In this document: piece after piece, positions 41,979 to 53,573 of the stretch
Position numbering within the stretch: position 1 is the stretch's first letter
Layout: the number at the start of each line of letters is the position of its first letter
From: an uncultured delta proteobacterium
GTDB lineage: Bacteria; Desulfobacterota; Desulfobacteria; Desulfobacterales; UBA2156
Direction of reading: 5' to 3'
Length of the DNA: 64,000 bases
Assembly (NCBI GenBank): GCA_963736855.1
Contig: CAVTQK010000006.1
Coordinates: 1-64,000 of the forward strand
Notes under the pieces: model-generated
What the model was told of the DNA's origin: nothing
The model's input: the letters and a program-made list of their open reading frames with translations, nothing else
Database searches by the model: none
Translations under genes and position numbers: made by a program

Positions 41979-42183
41979 CTTGACCTCCTTTTAAATACGT
42001 TTACTGCCAATCCTCCGATCCGAAATGGTAGCTACGATCTAGCTCATCTTAATTTTATAAGTCAAGCCTCTTCTATTTTCAAGAAAAAAATGCCGATATG
42101 AATGTAAAGACCCCCGAGCCTTTCCGATTTTTTGGGGACAAAGATACCGAGACCGGTCTAAAAACTTCAGAAGCTACTTTTGA

Positions 42184-42963
42184 TCATAGGTTCTTATCAG
42201 AGCCGGTCCAATATCCCTCGGGGTCAAAGCGTCGAATCATGGCCAATTCTGCCTGCGTTGGGGCCGGTGTCTGCGAAAGATCCGGTGCGATCTTTAAGGG
42301 CCATCCGGTATGGAATCGTACCGTCTCCACGGAAACGCCGGGATGGACGGAAACAAGAACCATCTCGCAAGTCATCGGATCGAACCTAAGGACACCCAGG
42401 GTGGTGATGACGGCACGAGGCCCTCCCCGAGGAAGTCCAACGCGCTCCCTCCATCCTGAGCCGTCCCCGTATCCCGGAGAAGTAATATAATCCACTTTTT
42501 CTTTGAACCGGCGCTTTTCATGGGTCATGACGATGATGTGACGTTTGGCCAGGCAGGCCAGGTCACAGGCGCCTCCGCTTCCCGGAAGGCGCGTGCGGGG
42601 GAACTGGAAACCGCCGATGTAGCTGGTGTTTAAATTTCCGAACCGGTCCACCTGGGCGCCTCCGATGAAGCTGACATCCACCAGACCCTTTTGAAGCAGG
42701 CTCATTATATCGATCGTGTCGGCAAGCCAGCAGGCCCCTGTGAGGTTGGGGAGGTCCCCCATCGTCAGAATCGGTTCCGGAGAAAGGGTGTCCCGAACGA
42801 CGCCCAGTTCATAGACACCTATGGCATGGGGAGCATGAGTGCTTCCGGCCAAAAGAAATCCTAAAAGCGGAAGCCGCATGCCGACGAAGACCACTTCATG
42901 GTCGGCAATCTCCCGGGCCGCCGCGGCCACCATCAATTGGGGCAGAGAATAATTTTCGGTCAT
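42184..42963 (-). CDS. Family I CoA-transferase beta subunit (GctB-like)
   Basis: VFVGMRLP, YELG, GGAQVDRFGNLN, RLPGSGG, VDYITSPG. Confidence 0.9.
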   Translation of the reverse strand: MTENYSLPQLMVAAAAREIADHEVVFVGMRLPLLGFLLAGSTHAPHAIGVYELGVVRDTLSPEPILTMGDLPNLTGACWLADTIDIMSLLQKGLVDVSFIGGAQVDRFGNLNTSYIGGFQFPRTRLPGSGGACDLACLAKRHIIVMTHEKRRFKEKVDYITSPGYGDGSGWRERVGLPRGGPRAVITTLGVLRFDPMTCEMVLVSVHPGVSVETVRFHTGWPLKIAPDLSQTPAPTQAELAMIRRFDPEGYWTGSDKNL

Positions 42964-42979
42964 TTCCTTCGCGTCTTCT

Positions 42980-43891
42980 TCAATACCCGTAATCCACCGG
43001 AACGGAGGGAAGATGATGCTTGAGGGCCAAGGCTTTCATGCGCTCTTTTCCGAGAAGCTCGGGGTAAGTCCGGCCGTCCCGAAGAGGATCCACCCACGTT
43101 TTTTTCCACTCCTCATAGCCCTCCACGGTCCGGCTTCGGTTACGGTAATCGATGAAGGCCTGATGATCCCGGTTGTAATGCCCCGGAACCGGAGAAGGAT
43201 GGGCACCCCAGGGAACATGGACTACCGCGGAAACACGAAAACCCGGGACTACGACTCGGTTAGGATCGCCGGTGATCACTTTTGAATCCACGATCTCCTC
43301 GGCCGTAAGGATTACATTGCGGCTGGCCAGGCAGGCTTCCTTGGTGACACCCAGATTTCCCCATATATGGCCGTTTCCAAAGACATCGGCCCGCTGGACA
43401 TGCACGACGGCCACATCCGGACATATGGCGGCGATGGCCGTCAGCCTCCCGCCGGTGAAGGGACAGGTCATGGGCTTCAGTCCGGGATTAGTCCGGAACA
43501 GATCGCTTCCTAAAGCCGTCCGCGCAGGCATGAAGGGAACACCCATGGCTCCGGCCTTGAGCGCCATGGCCAGAGTCAGATTGGAATGATCTTCCATTTC
43601 CAGGATCCCGCTTTCCACGGCCCGTCGAAAATTATATGCCGATCCGGTAATGACGTTTCCCACCCAGGCCGCCCGAATCTTTGCTACGCATCCGGCGCCC
43701 ACCAGCTGATCGAAAAGGATGTCGGATATGGGGCCGATGAGCGTAAGATTTTTCTTTTTCTGGCGGATCATTTCATGGCCGGCCGCAAAGGGGATGAGCG
43801 CTTCCAGCGCACAACCCATGACAACAGAAGCACCGTCGGGAACCAGTCGGGATACGGCTTCTGAGAGACTGTCCAGTTTTGAAGATTTCAT
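42980..43891 (-). CDS. Family I CoA-transferase alpha subunit (GctA-like)
   Basis: PFAAGHEMIRQ, AGAMGVPF, HVQRADVFGN, PWGAHP. Confidence 0.9.
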   Translation of the reverse strand: MKSSKLDSLSEAVSRLVPDGASVVMGCALEALIPFAAGHEMIRQKKKNLTLIGPISDILFDQLVGAGCVAKIRAAWVGNVITGSAYNFRRAVESGILEMEDHSNLTLAMALKAGAMGVPFMPARTALGSDLFRTNPGLKPMTCPFTGGRLTAIAAICPDVAVVHVQRADVFGNGHIWGNLGVTKEACLASRNVILTAEEIVDSKVITGDPNRVVVPGFRVSAVVHVPWGAHPSPVPGHYNRDHQAFIDYRNRSRTVEGYEEWKKTWVDPLRDGRTYPELLGKERMKALALKHHLPSVPVDYGY

Positions 43892-44901
43892 GATTCGGTT
43901 TCGGCCTTCGGGAAGGCGTCATCCAAAATGGCCAAAAGAGTCGATGCATCCATGTTGCCACCACTGAGGATTACGCCCACGCGCCCCTGAGGAAGGATCT
44001 TTGTGCTGAGCAGGGCGGCCACGCCCAGTGCACCTGAAGGCTCTACGACCAGTTTCATCCGGAAAAACAGAAAGCGGACCGCTTCCACGATGGCCGCTTC
44101 TGAGACCGTGACCATGTCATCCACGTACCGGCACACAAGGGGAAAGGTAATCCGGCCCAGAGACGGTGTTCTCGTACCATCGGCGATGGTGGGTGGGTTT
44201 TTGACGGTTTGAAGCTTTCCGGTGTGAAAGGAACGGGTGGCATCATCCGCCAGCTCCGGTTCCACGCCTATGATCCGACAGGAGGGATCCATTTTTTTTG
44301 CAGCGATGGCCGATCCGCTCAACAGTCCGCCGCCGCCGCAGGGAACCAGCAGCCAGTCCAGGTGTTCCAGTGCGGTAAAAATTTCCATCGCCGAAGTACC
44401 CTGCCCGCAGATGACATCGGGGTGATCATAGGGAGGGATCAGGATATATCCATGTTTTTCCTGGAGCGATGCCGCCAACGCTCCCCGATCCGCCTTCCGG
44501 GGATTGTATTCCACCACAGAGGCACCATAGCCGGCCGTGGCTTCCCGTTTGATTTTTGGGGCGTCATAAGGCATCACCACCGTGGTCTTGATACCCAAAA
44601 GCGCACCCGTCAGGGCAACGGCCTGGGCGTGATTCCCCGAAGAATAGGTGATGACCCCTTTTTTTCGCTGAGGCGCCGTCAGCCGGCTCATGGCATTGAA
44701 AGCGCCGCGAAACTTAAAGGCCCCGGCGCGCTGGAAGTTTTCACACTTGAGGTACACCGATGCGCCGATGGTACGGTCCAACATACGGGAAGTCAGGACC
44801 GGGGTGACATTGGCCTGGCCGGAGAGACGTTTTTCAGCCGAAAGCACCTCTTTAAACCATCGGGATAAAGACCATGTCATATATGAGTTTGTATGGGGCA
44901 T
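43888..44901 (-). CDS. PLP-dependent serine/threonine dehydratase family (hydroxyaspartate ammonia-lyase-like)
   Basis: KCENFQRAGAFKFRGA, SSGNHAQA, PCGGGGL, EPSGA, SGGN. Confidence 0.9.
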   Translation of the reverse strand: MPHTNSYMTWSLSRWFKEVLSAEKRLSGQANVTPVLTSRMLDRTIGASVYLKCENFQRAGAFKFRGAFNAMSRLTAPQRKKGVITYSSGNHAQAVALTGALLGIKTTVVMPYDAPKIKREATAGYGASVVEYNPRKADRGALAASLQEKHGYILIPPYDHPDVICGQGTSAMEIFTALEHLDWLLVPCGGGGLLSGSAIAAKKMDPSCRIIGVEPELADDATRSFHTGKLQTVKNPPTIADGTRTPSLGRITFPLVCRYVDDMVTVSEAAIVEAVRFLFFRMKLVVEPSGALGVAALLSTKILPQGRVGVILSGGNMDASTLLAILDDAFPKAETES

Positions 44902-44965
44902 GGGATGCGAACGTCAGCTGATGAACGATAACCTCAATCTCTCCGATTAGGCAAGCCTTTTCATG

Positions 44966-45003
44966 AAAAACGCCCGCAACCGAAACCGGCTGCGGGCGTT
45001 TTT
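44966..45003. terminator. Bidirectional intrinsic terminator ending the r-protein operon
   Basis: AAAAACGCCCGCA...TGCGGGCGTTTTT. Confidence 0.85.
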
Positions 45004-45052
45004 GAACTCTTACGATTTCATCAAAAGCTTAGAAATCGCCGACCGTGGCCCT

Positions 45053-45607
45053 CTACACCTTCGGGGTTTCCGGCTGCGGTGCAGCTTCCGGTAAAGTTAA
45101 TTCTGAAGTCGGTTTCTCCACGGGCTTTTCCCCTTTTGCTTTCGGCGCCTTTACCGCTTTCTTCGCACCGCCCGATTTCTTTGCTCCTTCTTTTTTCTTT
45201 TTGTGAGAGGTCTTGGCGGCTTTCTTTTTCTCCTTTTTCTTTTCTTCCGAAACGGGAACGATCAATTCCACCAGAGAAATGGGAGCCGCATCTCCAGGAC
45301 GCCTCCCCAGCTTGACGATTCGGGTATAACCGCCTGTAGGGTTTGCAAAGCGTTCCTTAGCCTTTTCGAAAAGCTTATGAACGACATCCTTTTCACGGAC
45401 AACCGCCAGCACCTGCCGTTGGGCGTGCAGGTCTCCGCGTTTGGCAAGGGTAATCAAGCGATCGGCCCACCGTTTGACTTCCTTTGCCTTGACGTCCGTG
45501 GTGCGAATACGGTCATATTTAAAAAGAGATGTGACCATGTTTCGAAACATGGCGCTTCTGTGGCTAGCGGTCCGACTCAGTTTCAATCCGGCTTTATGGT
45601 GTCGCAT
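45053..45607 (-). CDS. rplQ: 50S protein L17 with Lys-rich C-terminal extension
   Basis: [24 protein letters not shown]. Confidence 0.96.
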   Translation of the reverse strand: MRHHKAGLKLSRTASHRSAMFRNMVTSLFKYDRIRTTDVKAKEVKRWADRLITLAKRGDLHAQRQVLAVVREKDVVHKLFEKAKERFANPTGGYTRIVKLGRRPGDAAPISLVELIVPVSEEKKKEKKKAAKTSHKKKKEGAKKSGGAKKAVKAPKAKGEKPVEKPTSELTLPEAAPQPETPKV

Positions 45608-45615
45608 ACGGTTGT

Positions 45616-46635
45616 TTACTCCCTCTTGTCCGGCCCTTCCGGGGGGGGCATAAAGCCATCCAGCTTCATTCCCAGGGAAAGGCCCATCTCGGACAGAACT
45701 TCCTTGATCTCATTTAAAGATTTCCGGCCGAAGTTCTTGGTTTTGAGCATCTCCTGTTCGGTTTTTTGAACCAGCTGATATAGCCGATGAATATCCGCGT
45801 TTTTCAGACAGTTGGCGCTGCGAACGGAGAGTTCCAGTTCTTCAACGCTTCGATACAGATTTTCGTTGAAGGTGGGCTTTTCAGAATCCTTGGATAGCTT
45901 GAATGAGTCCGATTCGGTCTTCTCGTCGAAGTGGATGAACAGCGTCATCTGTTCCTTCATGATTTTGGCGGCGTAGGCCACTGCATCCTCCGGTGTGATG
46001 CTGCCGTCGGTCCAAACCTCCAGGGTCAATTTATCGTAATCCGTTTTTTGTCCCACTCGAGCATTCGTCACCACGGAGTTCACCCGCCTGATGGGCGAAA
46101 AGACGGAATCGACGGGAATGGTTCCCACCGGAGCGTTTTCATCCCGGTTTGCCTCCGCCAGGGAGTATCCCTTCCCTACTTTGACGGTAATTTCCATTTT
46201 CAACGCACTATTGCCGGAAAGGGTGGCGATGTGCTGGTCCAAATTGAGGACTTCGCACCGACCATCATCACTGATGATATCCGCTGCGGTCACTTTCCGT
46301 TCCCCCTGAGCATCGATCCGAACCTTTTTCGGTTGCGTATCGGATACTTTGAATCGGACCTCCTTAATGTTCAGGATGATCTCCGTCACATCCTCCAAAA
46401 CACCCGGGATTACGCTGAACTCGTGCATGACCTCATCGAATTTGACTGCCACCGCAGCCGCACCATACAGGGATGACAGAATGATCCTGCGTAACGCATT
46501 TCCGATGGTAATACCGAAACCCCTTTCCAAGGGTTCACACACTAATTTGCCGTAGGTCGGTTTGCTCGCGACCTGAATCTTGTCAGGTTTGATCATTTCC
46601 TGCCAATTGATATACATCAATTTGTCTGATGCCAT
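45616..46635 (-). CDS. rpoA: RNA polymerase alpha subunit
   Basis: [32 protein letters not shown]. Confidence 0.97.
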   Translation of the reverse strand: MASDKLMYINWQEMIKPDKIQVASKPTYGKLVCEPLERGFGITIGNALRRIILSSLYGAAAVAVKFDEVMHEFSVIPGVLEDVTEIILNIKEVRFKVSDTQPKKVRIDAQGERKVTAADIISDDGRCEVLNLDQHIATLSGNSALKMEITVKVGKGYSLAEANRDENAPVGTIPVDSVFSPIRRVNSVVTNARVGQKTDYDKLTLEVWTDGSITPEDAVAYAAKIMKEQMTLFIHFDEKTESDSFKLSKDSEKPTFNENLYRSVEELELSVRSANCLKNADIHRLYQLVQKTEQEMLKTKNFGRKSLNEIKEVLSEMGLSLGMKLDGFMPPPEGPDKRE

Positions 46636-46715
46636 TTTTGCCTTTCCAATGCGCTTGCCTTCGATGAAGCCTGTCCAGATCTCTCCACCGACCAAGAAAT
46701 AGAATAGGGTTGCGG

Positions 46716-47345
46716 TTATTTGGAATAAAGCTCCACGATGAGCTGTTCCTGGATCGGCATGGTCAGGTCCTCTCGAACGGGATATGCCTTCACGGTTCCC
46801 TTCATCGTCCCCTTGTCTAATTCAAGCCACTGGGGGATGCCTCTTCGAACCACCGCTTCCATGGAATCGCTGATGGCTTGAACGGCCCGGCTTTTCTCTT
46901 TGACTTCCACCACGTCCCCCACTTTGATCAGATACGACGGGATGTTCACTTTTTTTCCGTTTACAATAAAATGATTGTGCAGGACTAAATGACGTCCCTG
47001 AGCACGGGAATTGACAAAGCCCATCCGATACACCACATTGTCGAGCCGTCTTTCCAGCAAAACCAAGAGGTTGGTTCCGGTGATCCCTTTTTCCCGATCG
47101 GCCCTTCCAAAAGTGAGCCGGAACTGCTTTTCGGACAGACTATACATCCGCTTGACCTTCTGCTTTTCTCTGAGCTGGACGCCGAAGTCCGATGCTTTCC
47201 TTCCCCGTCGTTGGCCATGCTGACCTGGCGGATATGCTCTCCGGTCGAAGGCGCATTTGTCGGAATAACATCGATCTCCCTTTAGAAATAATTTTAGATT
47301 CTCTCTGCGGCATAGCCTGCAAACCGAACCGGTGTATCTAGCCAA
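46716..47345 (-). CDS. rpsD: 30S protein S4
   Basis: [27 protein letters not shown]. Confidence 0.97.
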   Translation of the reverse strand: MARYTGSVCRLCRRENLKLFLKGDRCYSDKCAFDRRAYPPGQHGQRRGRKASDFGVQLREKQKVKRMYSLSEKQFRLTFGRADREKGITGTNLLVLLERRLDNVVYRMGFVNSRAQGRHLVLHNHFIVNGKKVNIPSYLIKVGDVVEVKEKSRAVQAISDSMEAVVRRGIPQWLELDKGTMKGTVKAYPVREDLTMPIQEQLIVELYSK

Positions 47346-47407
47346 CTTCTCCTCCTTGAAAACATTCTGTCATTGATGGATAGACAATCCTCCTTTGCGC
47401 CAGAACA

Positions 47408-47794
47408 TCACACCCTTCGCCTTTTGGGAGGGCGGCATCCGTTGTGCGGAATGGGCGTCACATCTTTGATCATCATCACATTGAATCCGGCCGCCTGGAG
47501 TGACCGGAGAGCGGATTCCCTCCCCGAGCCCGGTCCTTTGACATACACTTCGACATTTCTCATACCAAACTCGATGGCTTTTTTCACGGCGGCTTCTGCC
47601 GCCATCTGGGCGGCAAATGGGGTGCTCTTCCGGGACCCCTTGAACCCCTGCCCCCCCGAACTGGACCAGGCAATGACGTTTCCTGCCGGATCTGTAATAG
47701 AGATAATGGTATTGTTGAACGTCGATTGAATGTGAACCACCCCGGTGGGGATGCTCTTTTTTTCCTTCTTTTTGGTATGAACTCTTTTTGCCAT
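47408..47794 (-). CDS. rpsK: 30S protein S11
   Basis: [18 protein letters not shown]. Confidence 0.97.
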   Translation of the reverse strand: MAKRVHTKKKEKKSIPTGVVHIQSTFNNTIISITDPAGNVIAWSSSGGQGFKGSRKSTPFAAQMAAEAAVKKAIEFGMRNVEVYVKGPGSGRESALRSLQAAGFNVMMIKDVTPIPHNGCRPPKRRRV

Positions 47795-47839
47795 GGATTC
47801 TATCCTTGCGTTGCGACGATGAAAGGTCGATGGAACCGG

Positions 47840-48226
47840 TTATTTCTTCTTTGTTGCCGCGCCTTTTTTCTTCACTGCCGTCCTTCTTGGCCCCTTACGC
47901 GTTCGGGCGTTCGTCTTAGTGCGCTGTCCGTTGACCGGTAGCGATTTTCGATGACGCAGCCCCCGATAACATCCAAGATCCATCAATCGTTTGATGTTCA
48001 TGGAGACTTCGCTGCGGAGCTCCCCTTCTACCTTGAAGCTACCATCGATCATCTTGCGTATGTTGCTGATTTCGGATTCCGAAATCTGATCGGTCTTGGT
48101 GTCAAAATCGATGTTGAGCTCCGAAAGAATTTGTCTTGCGGTACTCCTGCCGATTCCGAAGATATAGGTCAGCCCGATCTCAATCCGTTTGTTTTTCGGC
48201 AAATCGACGCCAGCAATTCGTGCCAA
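47840..48226 (-). CDS. rpsM: 30S protein S13
   Basis: [22 protein letters not shown]. Confidence 0.97.
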   Translation of the reverse strand: MARIAGVDLPKNKRIEIGLTYIFGIGRSTARQILSELNIDFDTKTDQISESEISNIRKMIDGSFKVEGELRSEVSMNIKRLMDLGCYRGLRHRKSLPVNGQRTKTNARTRKGPRRTAVKKKGAATKKK

Positions 48227-48241
48227 AGTTTTTCCTCCCCT

Positions 48242-48355
48242 TTATCCCTGTCTCTGTTTGTGCCGCTTGTTTTCGCAAATCACCCTCACGACACCTTTCC
48301 TGCGAACGATTTTACACTTGCTGCATATTTTCTTTATGGATGGCCTGACTTTCAT
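48242..48355 (-). CDS. rpmJ: 50S protein L36 (37 aa, absent from ORF track)
   Basis: [37 protein letters not shown]. Confidence 0.97.
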   Translation of the reverse strand: MKVRPSIKKICSKCKIVRRKGVVRVICENKRHKQRQG

Positions 48356-48388
48356 GTTTTTCACTCTTCCTTATTGACAGTCCACAAG

Positions 48389-48607
48389 CTACTTGGCCCG
48401 GAAGGTAATTCTTCCCCGGGTGAGATCGTATGGGGACAGCTCTACCGTCACCTCGTCGCCGGGAAGAATTTTGATGAAATGCATGCGCATTTTCCCGGAA
48501 ATATGTGCCAACACCCGGTGCTTATTTTCAAGCTCGACCCGGAACATGGCGTTGGGCAAAGTCTCCACGACGATGCCTTTCACCTCGATGGGCTCATCCT
48601 TTGCCAT
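48389..48607 (-). CDS. infA: Translation initiation factor IF-1
   Basis: [19 protein letters not shown]. Confidence 0.97.
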   Translation of the reverse strand: MAKDEPIEVKGIVVETLPNAMFRVELENKHRVLAHISGKMRMHFIKILPGDEVTVELSPYDLTRGRITFRAK

Positions 48608-48610
48608 AGA

Positions 48611-49366
48611 TCAACTCCAGTCCGGTCGGCTCAATATGACCGGGCCGTTTTCCGTGATAGCGATGGTGTGTTCGAAATGGGCCGACAAAGCACCATCCTC
48701 TGTAACGGCCGTCCATCCGTCCTCCAGTATCTTCACCTCATATCCTTTTTCGTTTACCATCGGTTCAACAGCCAGGGTCATACCGGGTTTCAAACGAACC
48801 CCGGTTCCGGCTTTACCAAAATTGGGAATCTGGGGATCTTCGTGGAGTTTGCTCCCGATCCCATGCCCAACAAACTTACGGACCACCGAATAACCATGCG
48901 CCTCCACATGAGTCTGGACCGCATGGGAGATGTCCGACAGACGTCCATCCGGTACCGCCTTTTCGATTCCCTTGTATAGAGACTCCCGGGTGACATGCAT
49001 CAGCTTCATCGCCGGTGCCGAGATTTTTCCCACAGCCACTGTAATGGCCGCATCCCCGTAATATCCATCATACAGAATCCCAAAGTCCAGGCTCACGATA
49101 TCCCCCTCCTCCAGAGGGGTATTGTTAGGAAAACCATGCACCACGACATGGTTGACCGATGTGCAAAGCGAAAATGGATATCCGCGGTATCCCTTGAACG
49201 CCGGAACGGCCTGATGCTCACCGGCCAACCTTTCCGACAAATCGTTAAGCTGCATCGTCGTCACACCGGGCGCTACTTCGGACTCAAGGGTTTTGAGGAT
49301 TTCGGCGACGATCCGATTGCTGGCTGTGATCTTTTCTATCTCCTTCGGTGATTTGAGAATCACCAT
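48611..49366 (-). CDS. map: Methionine aminopeptidase type I
   Basis: CTSVN..VVHG, GHGIG..LHEDP, SAHFEHT. Confidence 0.96.
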   Translation of the reverse strand: MVILKSPKEIEKITASNRIVAEILKTLESEVAPGVTTMQLNDLSERLAGEHQAVPAFKGYRGYPFSLCTSVNHVVVHGFPNNTPLEEGDIVSLDFGILYDGYYGDAAITVAVGKISAPAMKLMHVTRESLYKGIEKAVPDGRLSDISHAVQTHVEAHGYSVVRKFVGHGIGSKLHEDPQIPNFGKAGTGVRLKPGMTLAVEPMVNEKGYEVKILEDGWTAVTEDGALSAHFEHTIAITENGPVILSRPDWS

Positions 49367-49367
49367 A

Positions 49368-50681
49368 TCAATAACGTCCCTTGATAGCACCGCTCTTCTT
49401 CAAGAATCCTTCATAGTGGCGAGCCAACATATGCGACTCGATCTGTGCAATGGTATCCAGCGCCACCCCTACGACGATCAACAATGCCGTGCCCCCGAAG
49501 TAAAAGGGAACATTGAACTTCGTGATCAGGATGGACGGCAAAACACAAACGGCTGAAACATACGTAGCGCCACCCAGGGTAATTCGGGTCAGAACCCGAT
49601 CGATATACTCCGCCGTCCGCTTTCCGGGGCGGATGCCGGGGATAAATCCGCCGTGTTTTTTCATGTTCTCTGCGACATCCACCGGATTGAAGGTAACGGC
49701 CGTATAGAAATAGCAGAAAAAATAGACAAACCCCACAAATAAAAGTTCATAGATAATGCTTCCCGGCCGCATGGCGCTGGCGATGCTTTGCATCCACGGG
49801 ACCTTGATGAAACTGGCGATGGTGGCCGGAAACATGATGATGGATGATGCAAAAATAGGGGGGATTACGCCGGATGTATTAATCTTCAATGGAAGATGCG
49901 TACTTTGTCCGCCGTACATTCTACGCCCCACCACCCGTTTGGCGTACTGCACAGGGATGCGTCTCTGTCCTTGCTCCATAAAGACGATGGCGCCCACCAC
50001 GGCCACCATTAAAATGAGCAGGATCAAAACCAGAAAAATTCCCATTTCTCCAGTAGTCAAGAGCCGGAATGTGTTTCCCACCGCATCGGGCATTCTCGCG
50101 ACGATACCGGCAAAGATAATTAGGGAAATCCCATTTCCGATACCCCGTTCGGTGATCTGCTCTCCCAGCCACATAATGAACGCCGTTCCCGAGGTCAGGG
50201 TGATCACCGTCATCAGACGGAATCCCCACCCCGGGTGAATGACCACCGGAGCACCGCCGGGTGAACTCATGCTTTCCAAACCCACTGCGATACCGAATCC
50301 CTGAATGATGGAAAGGACTACGGTTCCGTAACGCGTGTATTGGGTGATCTTCTTCCTTCCCTGTTCCCCTTCCTTGGACAACCGTCCCAGGTGAGGGATC
50401 ACCACCGTAAGCAACTGAAAGATAATGGACGCGCTGATATACGGCATGATGCCCAGGGCAAAGACCGAAAGGCGCTCCAGGGCACCACCCGAGAACATGT
50501 CAAACAGGGCCAGCAGGGTTCCCTTGGCCCTCTCAAAAAAGGAAGCCAACGCCACCGCGTCGATTCCCGGAGTCGGTATATGCACCCCGATACGATAAAC
50601 GGAGAGCAAAGCCAGGCTGTATAGAAGCCTTTTTTTCAGCTCCGGGATCTTGAAGATATTTCCAAAACCGCTGCCCGCCAT
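49368..50681 (-). CDS. secY: Preprotein translocase SecY
   Basis: [34 protein letters not shown]. Confidence 0.98.
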   Translation of the reverse strand: MAGSGFGNIFKIPELKKRLLYSLALLSVYRIGVHIPTPGIDAVALASFFERAKGTLLALFDMFSGGALERLSVFALGIMPYISASIIFQLLTVVIPHLGRLSKEGEQGRKKITQYTRYGTVVLSIIQGFGIAVGLESMSSPGGAPVVIHPGWGFRLMTVITLTSGTAFIMWLGEQITERGIGNGISLIIFAGIVARMPDAVGNTFRLLTTGEMGIFLVLILLILMVAVVGAIVFMEQGQRRIPVQYAKRVVGRRMYGGQSTHLPLKINTSGVIPPIFASSIIMFPATIASFIKVPWMQSIASAMRPGSIIYELLFVGFVYFFCYFYTAVTFNPVDVAENMKKHGGFIPGIRPGKRTAEYIDRVLTRITLGGATYVSAVCVLPSILITKFNVPFYFGGTALLIVVGVALDTIAQIESHMLARHYEGFLKKSGAIKGRY

Positions 50682-50684
50682 GGA

Positions 50685-51125
50685 TTAAGCCGTTTCCACC
50701 TTTCCGCCAGCCTGAAGAACCTTTTCGAGGGCGCTTTTACTGACCTTATGCACCCGAACGGTAAGGGGACGATCGAGAGTTCCTTGTCCGAGAAGCTTGA
50801 TGCCGTCATGCCTGCCTTGAACCAGACCCGCCCGAACCAGGACTGTTTGATCCACAACCTCACTCCCGTCGAACCGAGATAAATCCCTGATATTGACTAC
50901 GGAATATTGTTTTTTAAAGATATTCGTGAATCCCCGCTTGGGAAGACGCCTCTGGATCGGCATTTGCCCGCCTTCGAAACCGGGACGGACACCTCCTCCA
51001 CTGCGGGCGTTCTGTCCTTTCGCTCCTCTCCCCGAAGTCGTGCCTCGACCGGATCCGTTGCCCCGGCCTCTCCGTTTCTTGTCTTTATGTGTGCCGGGAG
51101 CCGGCGACAATTCATTTAGTTTCAT
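50685..51125 (-). CDS. rplO: 50S protein L15
   Basis: GRG.GSG.G, GFEGGQMP. Confidence 0.97.
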   Translation of the reverse strand: MKLNELSPAPGTHKDKKRRGRGNGSGRGTTSGRGAKGQNARSGGGVRPGFEGGQMPIQRRLPKRGFTNIFKKQYSVVNIRDLSRFDGSEVVDQTVLVRAGLVQGRHDGIKLLGQGTLDRPLTVRVHKVSKSALEKVLQAGGKVETA

Positions 51126-51307
51126 ATCTTCTCCTTGGCCTCAACCAGGTGGGACACCTTGGCAATCATTCCGCGTATGGCAGGCGTATCCTGGAGTGTA
51201 ACGGTCTTTCCCCGCTTCCTAAGGCCCATGCCATAAAGCACTTTTCGATGCGCCTCGGGACGTCCGATCATGCTTTTTACCAGTGTGACTTCCAATTGTT
51301 TCGCCAT
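51122..51307 (-). CDS. rpmD: 50S protein L30
   Basis: VTLVKS.IG, IRGMI.KVSHL. Confidence 0.95.
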   Translation of the reverse strand: MAKQLEVTLVKSMIGRPEAHRKVLYGMGLRKRGKTVTLQDTPAIRGMIAKVSHLVEAKEKI

Positions 51308-51321
51308 GAAATCCTCTTGTT

Positions 51322-51816
51322 TTAAATATCTCCGGAGGCGAGGCTGCGCCGTCGGGCGATAGCCTCCCGACTCTGGAGCTTTTCAAGTCCGGCAATGGTG
51401 GCCTTCACCACATTATGAGGATTGTTCGATCCCAGGCATTTGGTCAGAACATTCTGAATCCCACATGCCTCCAGCACCGCCCTTACCGCTCCGCCGGCGA
51501 TCACACCCGTCCCTTCGGATGCGGGTTTTAAGAGCACCTTCCCAGCGCCGAATTTGCCGATCACCTCGTAGGGAATCGTTTGGTTGACCAGGGGAACCTG
51601 GACCATTGATTTTTTCGCCTTTTCCATCCCTTTACGGATGGCTTCAGGCACTTCTCCGGCCTTGCCTAAACCATAACCGACATTTCCTTCCCCATCCCCG
51701 ACGACAACGATGGCGCTGAAGCTGAATCGGCGCCCCCCTTTGACTACTTTTGCCACCCGGCTGATGTGGACGACTTTATCAATGAAATCCTTTTCCCCCA
51801 TGTTCTGCTTGAACAA
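51322..51816 (-). CDS. rpsE: 30S protein S5
   Basis: [18 protein letters not shown]. Confidence 0.97.
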   Translation of the reverse strand: MFKQNMGEKDFIDKVVHISRVAKVVKGGRRFSFSAIVVVGDGEGNVGYGLGKAGEVPEAIRKGMEKAKKSMVQVPLVNQTIPYEVIGKFGAGKVLLKPASEGTGVIAGGAVRAVLEACGIQNVLTKCLGSNNPHNVVKATIAGLEKLQSREAIARRRSLASGDI

Positions 51817-51853
51817 GAATCGCCTCCTTTATCTCTTTCGATTTCCCATGATG

Positions 51854-52222
51854 TTAGAACTTCAGACCCGCCTCTCTGGCAGCATCCGACACCGCTTTAA
51901 CACGGCCGTGATATAAAAAACCGTTTCGATCGAAAACAACCCGTTCAATCCCCTTTTCCAGAGCACGCCTCGCAATAAGCTTTCCAATGACGGCCGCCTT
52001 ACTGATCTTGCCGCCCGGATTGGGTGTAGTCTTAGCCTCTTTTTCCAAAGAGGACGCTGCTGCCAATGTGTTCCCCTGAGTATCGTCAACCAGCTGAGCG
52101 TAGATGTGATTGGCGCTTCGAAATACACACAGCCTCGGCCGATCCGAGTTCCCGAATATCTTTTTACGAATGCTCTTTTTCCTCTTCAACCTGGCCATTT
52201 TGGATGGATTGATGCGTCCCAT
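51854..52222 (-). CDS. rplR: 50S protein L18
   Basis: RPRL.VFRS, FDRNG..YHGRV. Confidence 0.97.
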   Translation of the reverse strand: MGRINPSKMARLKRKKSIRKKIFGNSDRPRLCVFRSANHIYAQLVDDTQGNTLAAASSLEKEAKTTPNPGGKISKAAVIGKLIARRALEKGIERVVFDRNGFLYHGRVKAVSDAAREAGLKF

Positions 52223-52285
52223 ATCCTTATCCTGCTTTATGGATCTGTCGGTTATTTCCAGTGCGGTTGCGCCCGCGGTGAATTC

Positions 52286-52822
52286 CTACTTGGTACCCGT
52301 CTTCCCGGCTTTCAAGTGGAGGCGTTCTTCCGCATATTTGATCCCTTTGCCTTTGTAGGACTCGGGCGGCCGGATTCGTCGAATGGAAGCCGCCGTCTGT
52401 CCTAAAAGTTCTTTGTCGATCCCGGAAAGACGGATGATCGTGTTTCGATCCACAGATGCGGTTATGCCTTGCGGCAGATCGAACTGAACCGGATGAGAAA
52501 AGCCGAGGCTCATCTCCAGGCGGTTCCCATTCAAAGCCGCCCGGTAACCGATTCCATTGATTTCTAATACCCTCTCGAAGCCTTTCTCCACACCCGCGAT
52601 CATATTAAAAACGAGGCTGCGCGTGAGTCCCGAGAGGGCACGGCTGTCCTTTGCCTCCGATGTTTTAACCCGGATTTCCTTCTCCCCGATTTCCAGGCCC
52701 ACGTCCGGATGTATAGTCTTTTCAAGAGAACCTTTGGGTCCGTTTACCGTCAGGACCCGGTTCTTGTACACGACCTTGATTTTTGCGGATATCGGAATCG
52801 GTTTTTTTCCTACACGCGACAT
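52286..52822 (-). CDS. rplF: 50S protein L6
   Basis: MSRVGKKPI, YKGKGI. Confidence 0.97.
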   Translation of the reverse strand: MSRVGKKPIPISAKIKVVYKNRVLTVNGPKGSLEKTIHPDVGLEIGEKEIRVKTSEAKDSRALSGLTRSLVFNMIAGVEKGFERVLEINGIGYRAALNGNRLEMSLGFSHPVQFDLPQGITASVDRNTIIRLSGIDKELLGQTAASIRRIRPPESYKGKGIKYAEERLHLKAGKTGTK

Positions 52823-52874
52823 TGTGGACTCCTCATCTCATTACTTTCAGGAGCAAACCCATTCTAATGGGTTG

Positions 52875-53273
52875 CTACCAGACCCTGCAAAGAATCTCTC
52901 CTCCCAGGTTCTCTTTCCTCGCCTTTTTGTCTGTCATCAGTCCTTTCGACGTGGAAACAACGGTAATACCCATGCCGTTCAAGACGGGTTTGATATCTTT
53001 ACTTTTGGAATAAATTCTTCTTCTGGGTTTGCTGACGCGCTCGATATTGAAGATGGCGCTGTTCCTCCCCGGACCGTACTTTAAATAGACCCGGATTACG
53101 CCCTGCTTGGTATCCTTGATGAACTTATAGTTCTTGATATACCCTTCTTCCTTGAGCACTTTTGCAATCTCGATTTTCAGCTTCGACCCCGGAATATCGA
53201 CACTCGAAAAGTTGGCTTTCACTGCGTTTCTGACCCGTGTCAGCATATCCGAAATCGGATCATTGATTGCCAT
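52875..53273 (-). CDS. rpsH: 30S protein S8
   Basis: DPISDMLTR.RNA, STSKG, GGE. Confidence 0.97.
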   Translation of the reverse strand: MAINDPISDMLTRVRNAVKANFSSVDIPGSKLKIEIAKVLKEEGYIKNYKFIKDTKQGVIRVYLKYGPGRNSAIFNIERVSKPRRRIYSKSKDIKPVLNGMGITVVSTSKGLMTDKKARKENLGGEILCRVW

Positions 53274-53356
53274 ATCGTTCTCCGTTTTAATTCCTTGATA
53301 TTATCGTTAGACCGCCACCGTGAATTCCGTTCCTCGATCTTCCAGAATGCATTGTT

Positions 53357-53542
53357 TTACCAACTGGATTTGATCACGCCCGGCAAAAGCCCCTGGGACG
53401 CAAAATTACGAAAGCAGATCCGGCAGGTGCCGAATTTACGAATATAACCTCTGGACCTGCCGCAGATGGGACAACGATTATAAGTCCTTACCTTGAACTT
53501 GGGCTCCCGAGTCGCTTTGATTCTAAGGGATTTTTTCGCCAA
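53357..53542 (-). CDS. rpsZ: 30S protein S14, zinc-binding type Z
   Basis: TTG start; RCPICGR..CRICFR, KSSW. Confidence 0.95.
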   Translation of the reverse strand: MAKKSLRIKATREPKFKVRTYNRCPICGRSRGYIRKFGTCRICFRNFASQGLLPGVIKSSW

Positions 53543-53573
53543 ATCTTCCTCCTTGAAATCCGGAATCGAACGG

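Noticed and set aside
47951..48979. 342-aa plus-strand ORF
   Set aside because: Antisense to rpsM/rpmJ/infA/map; typical shadow ORF.
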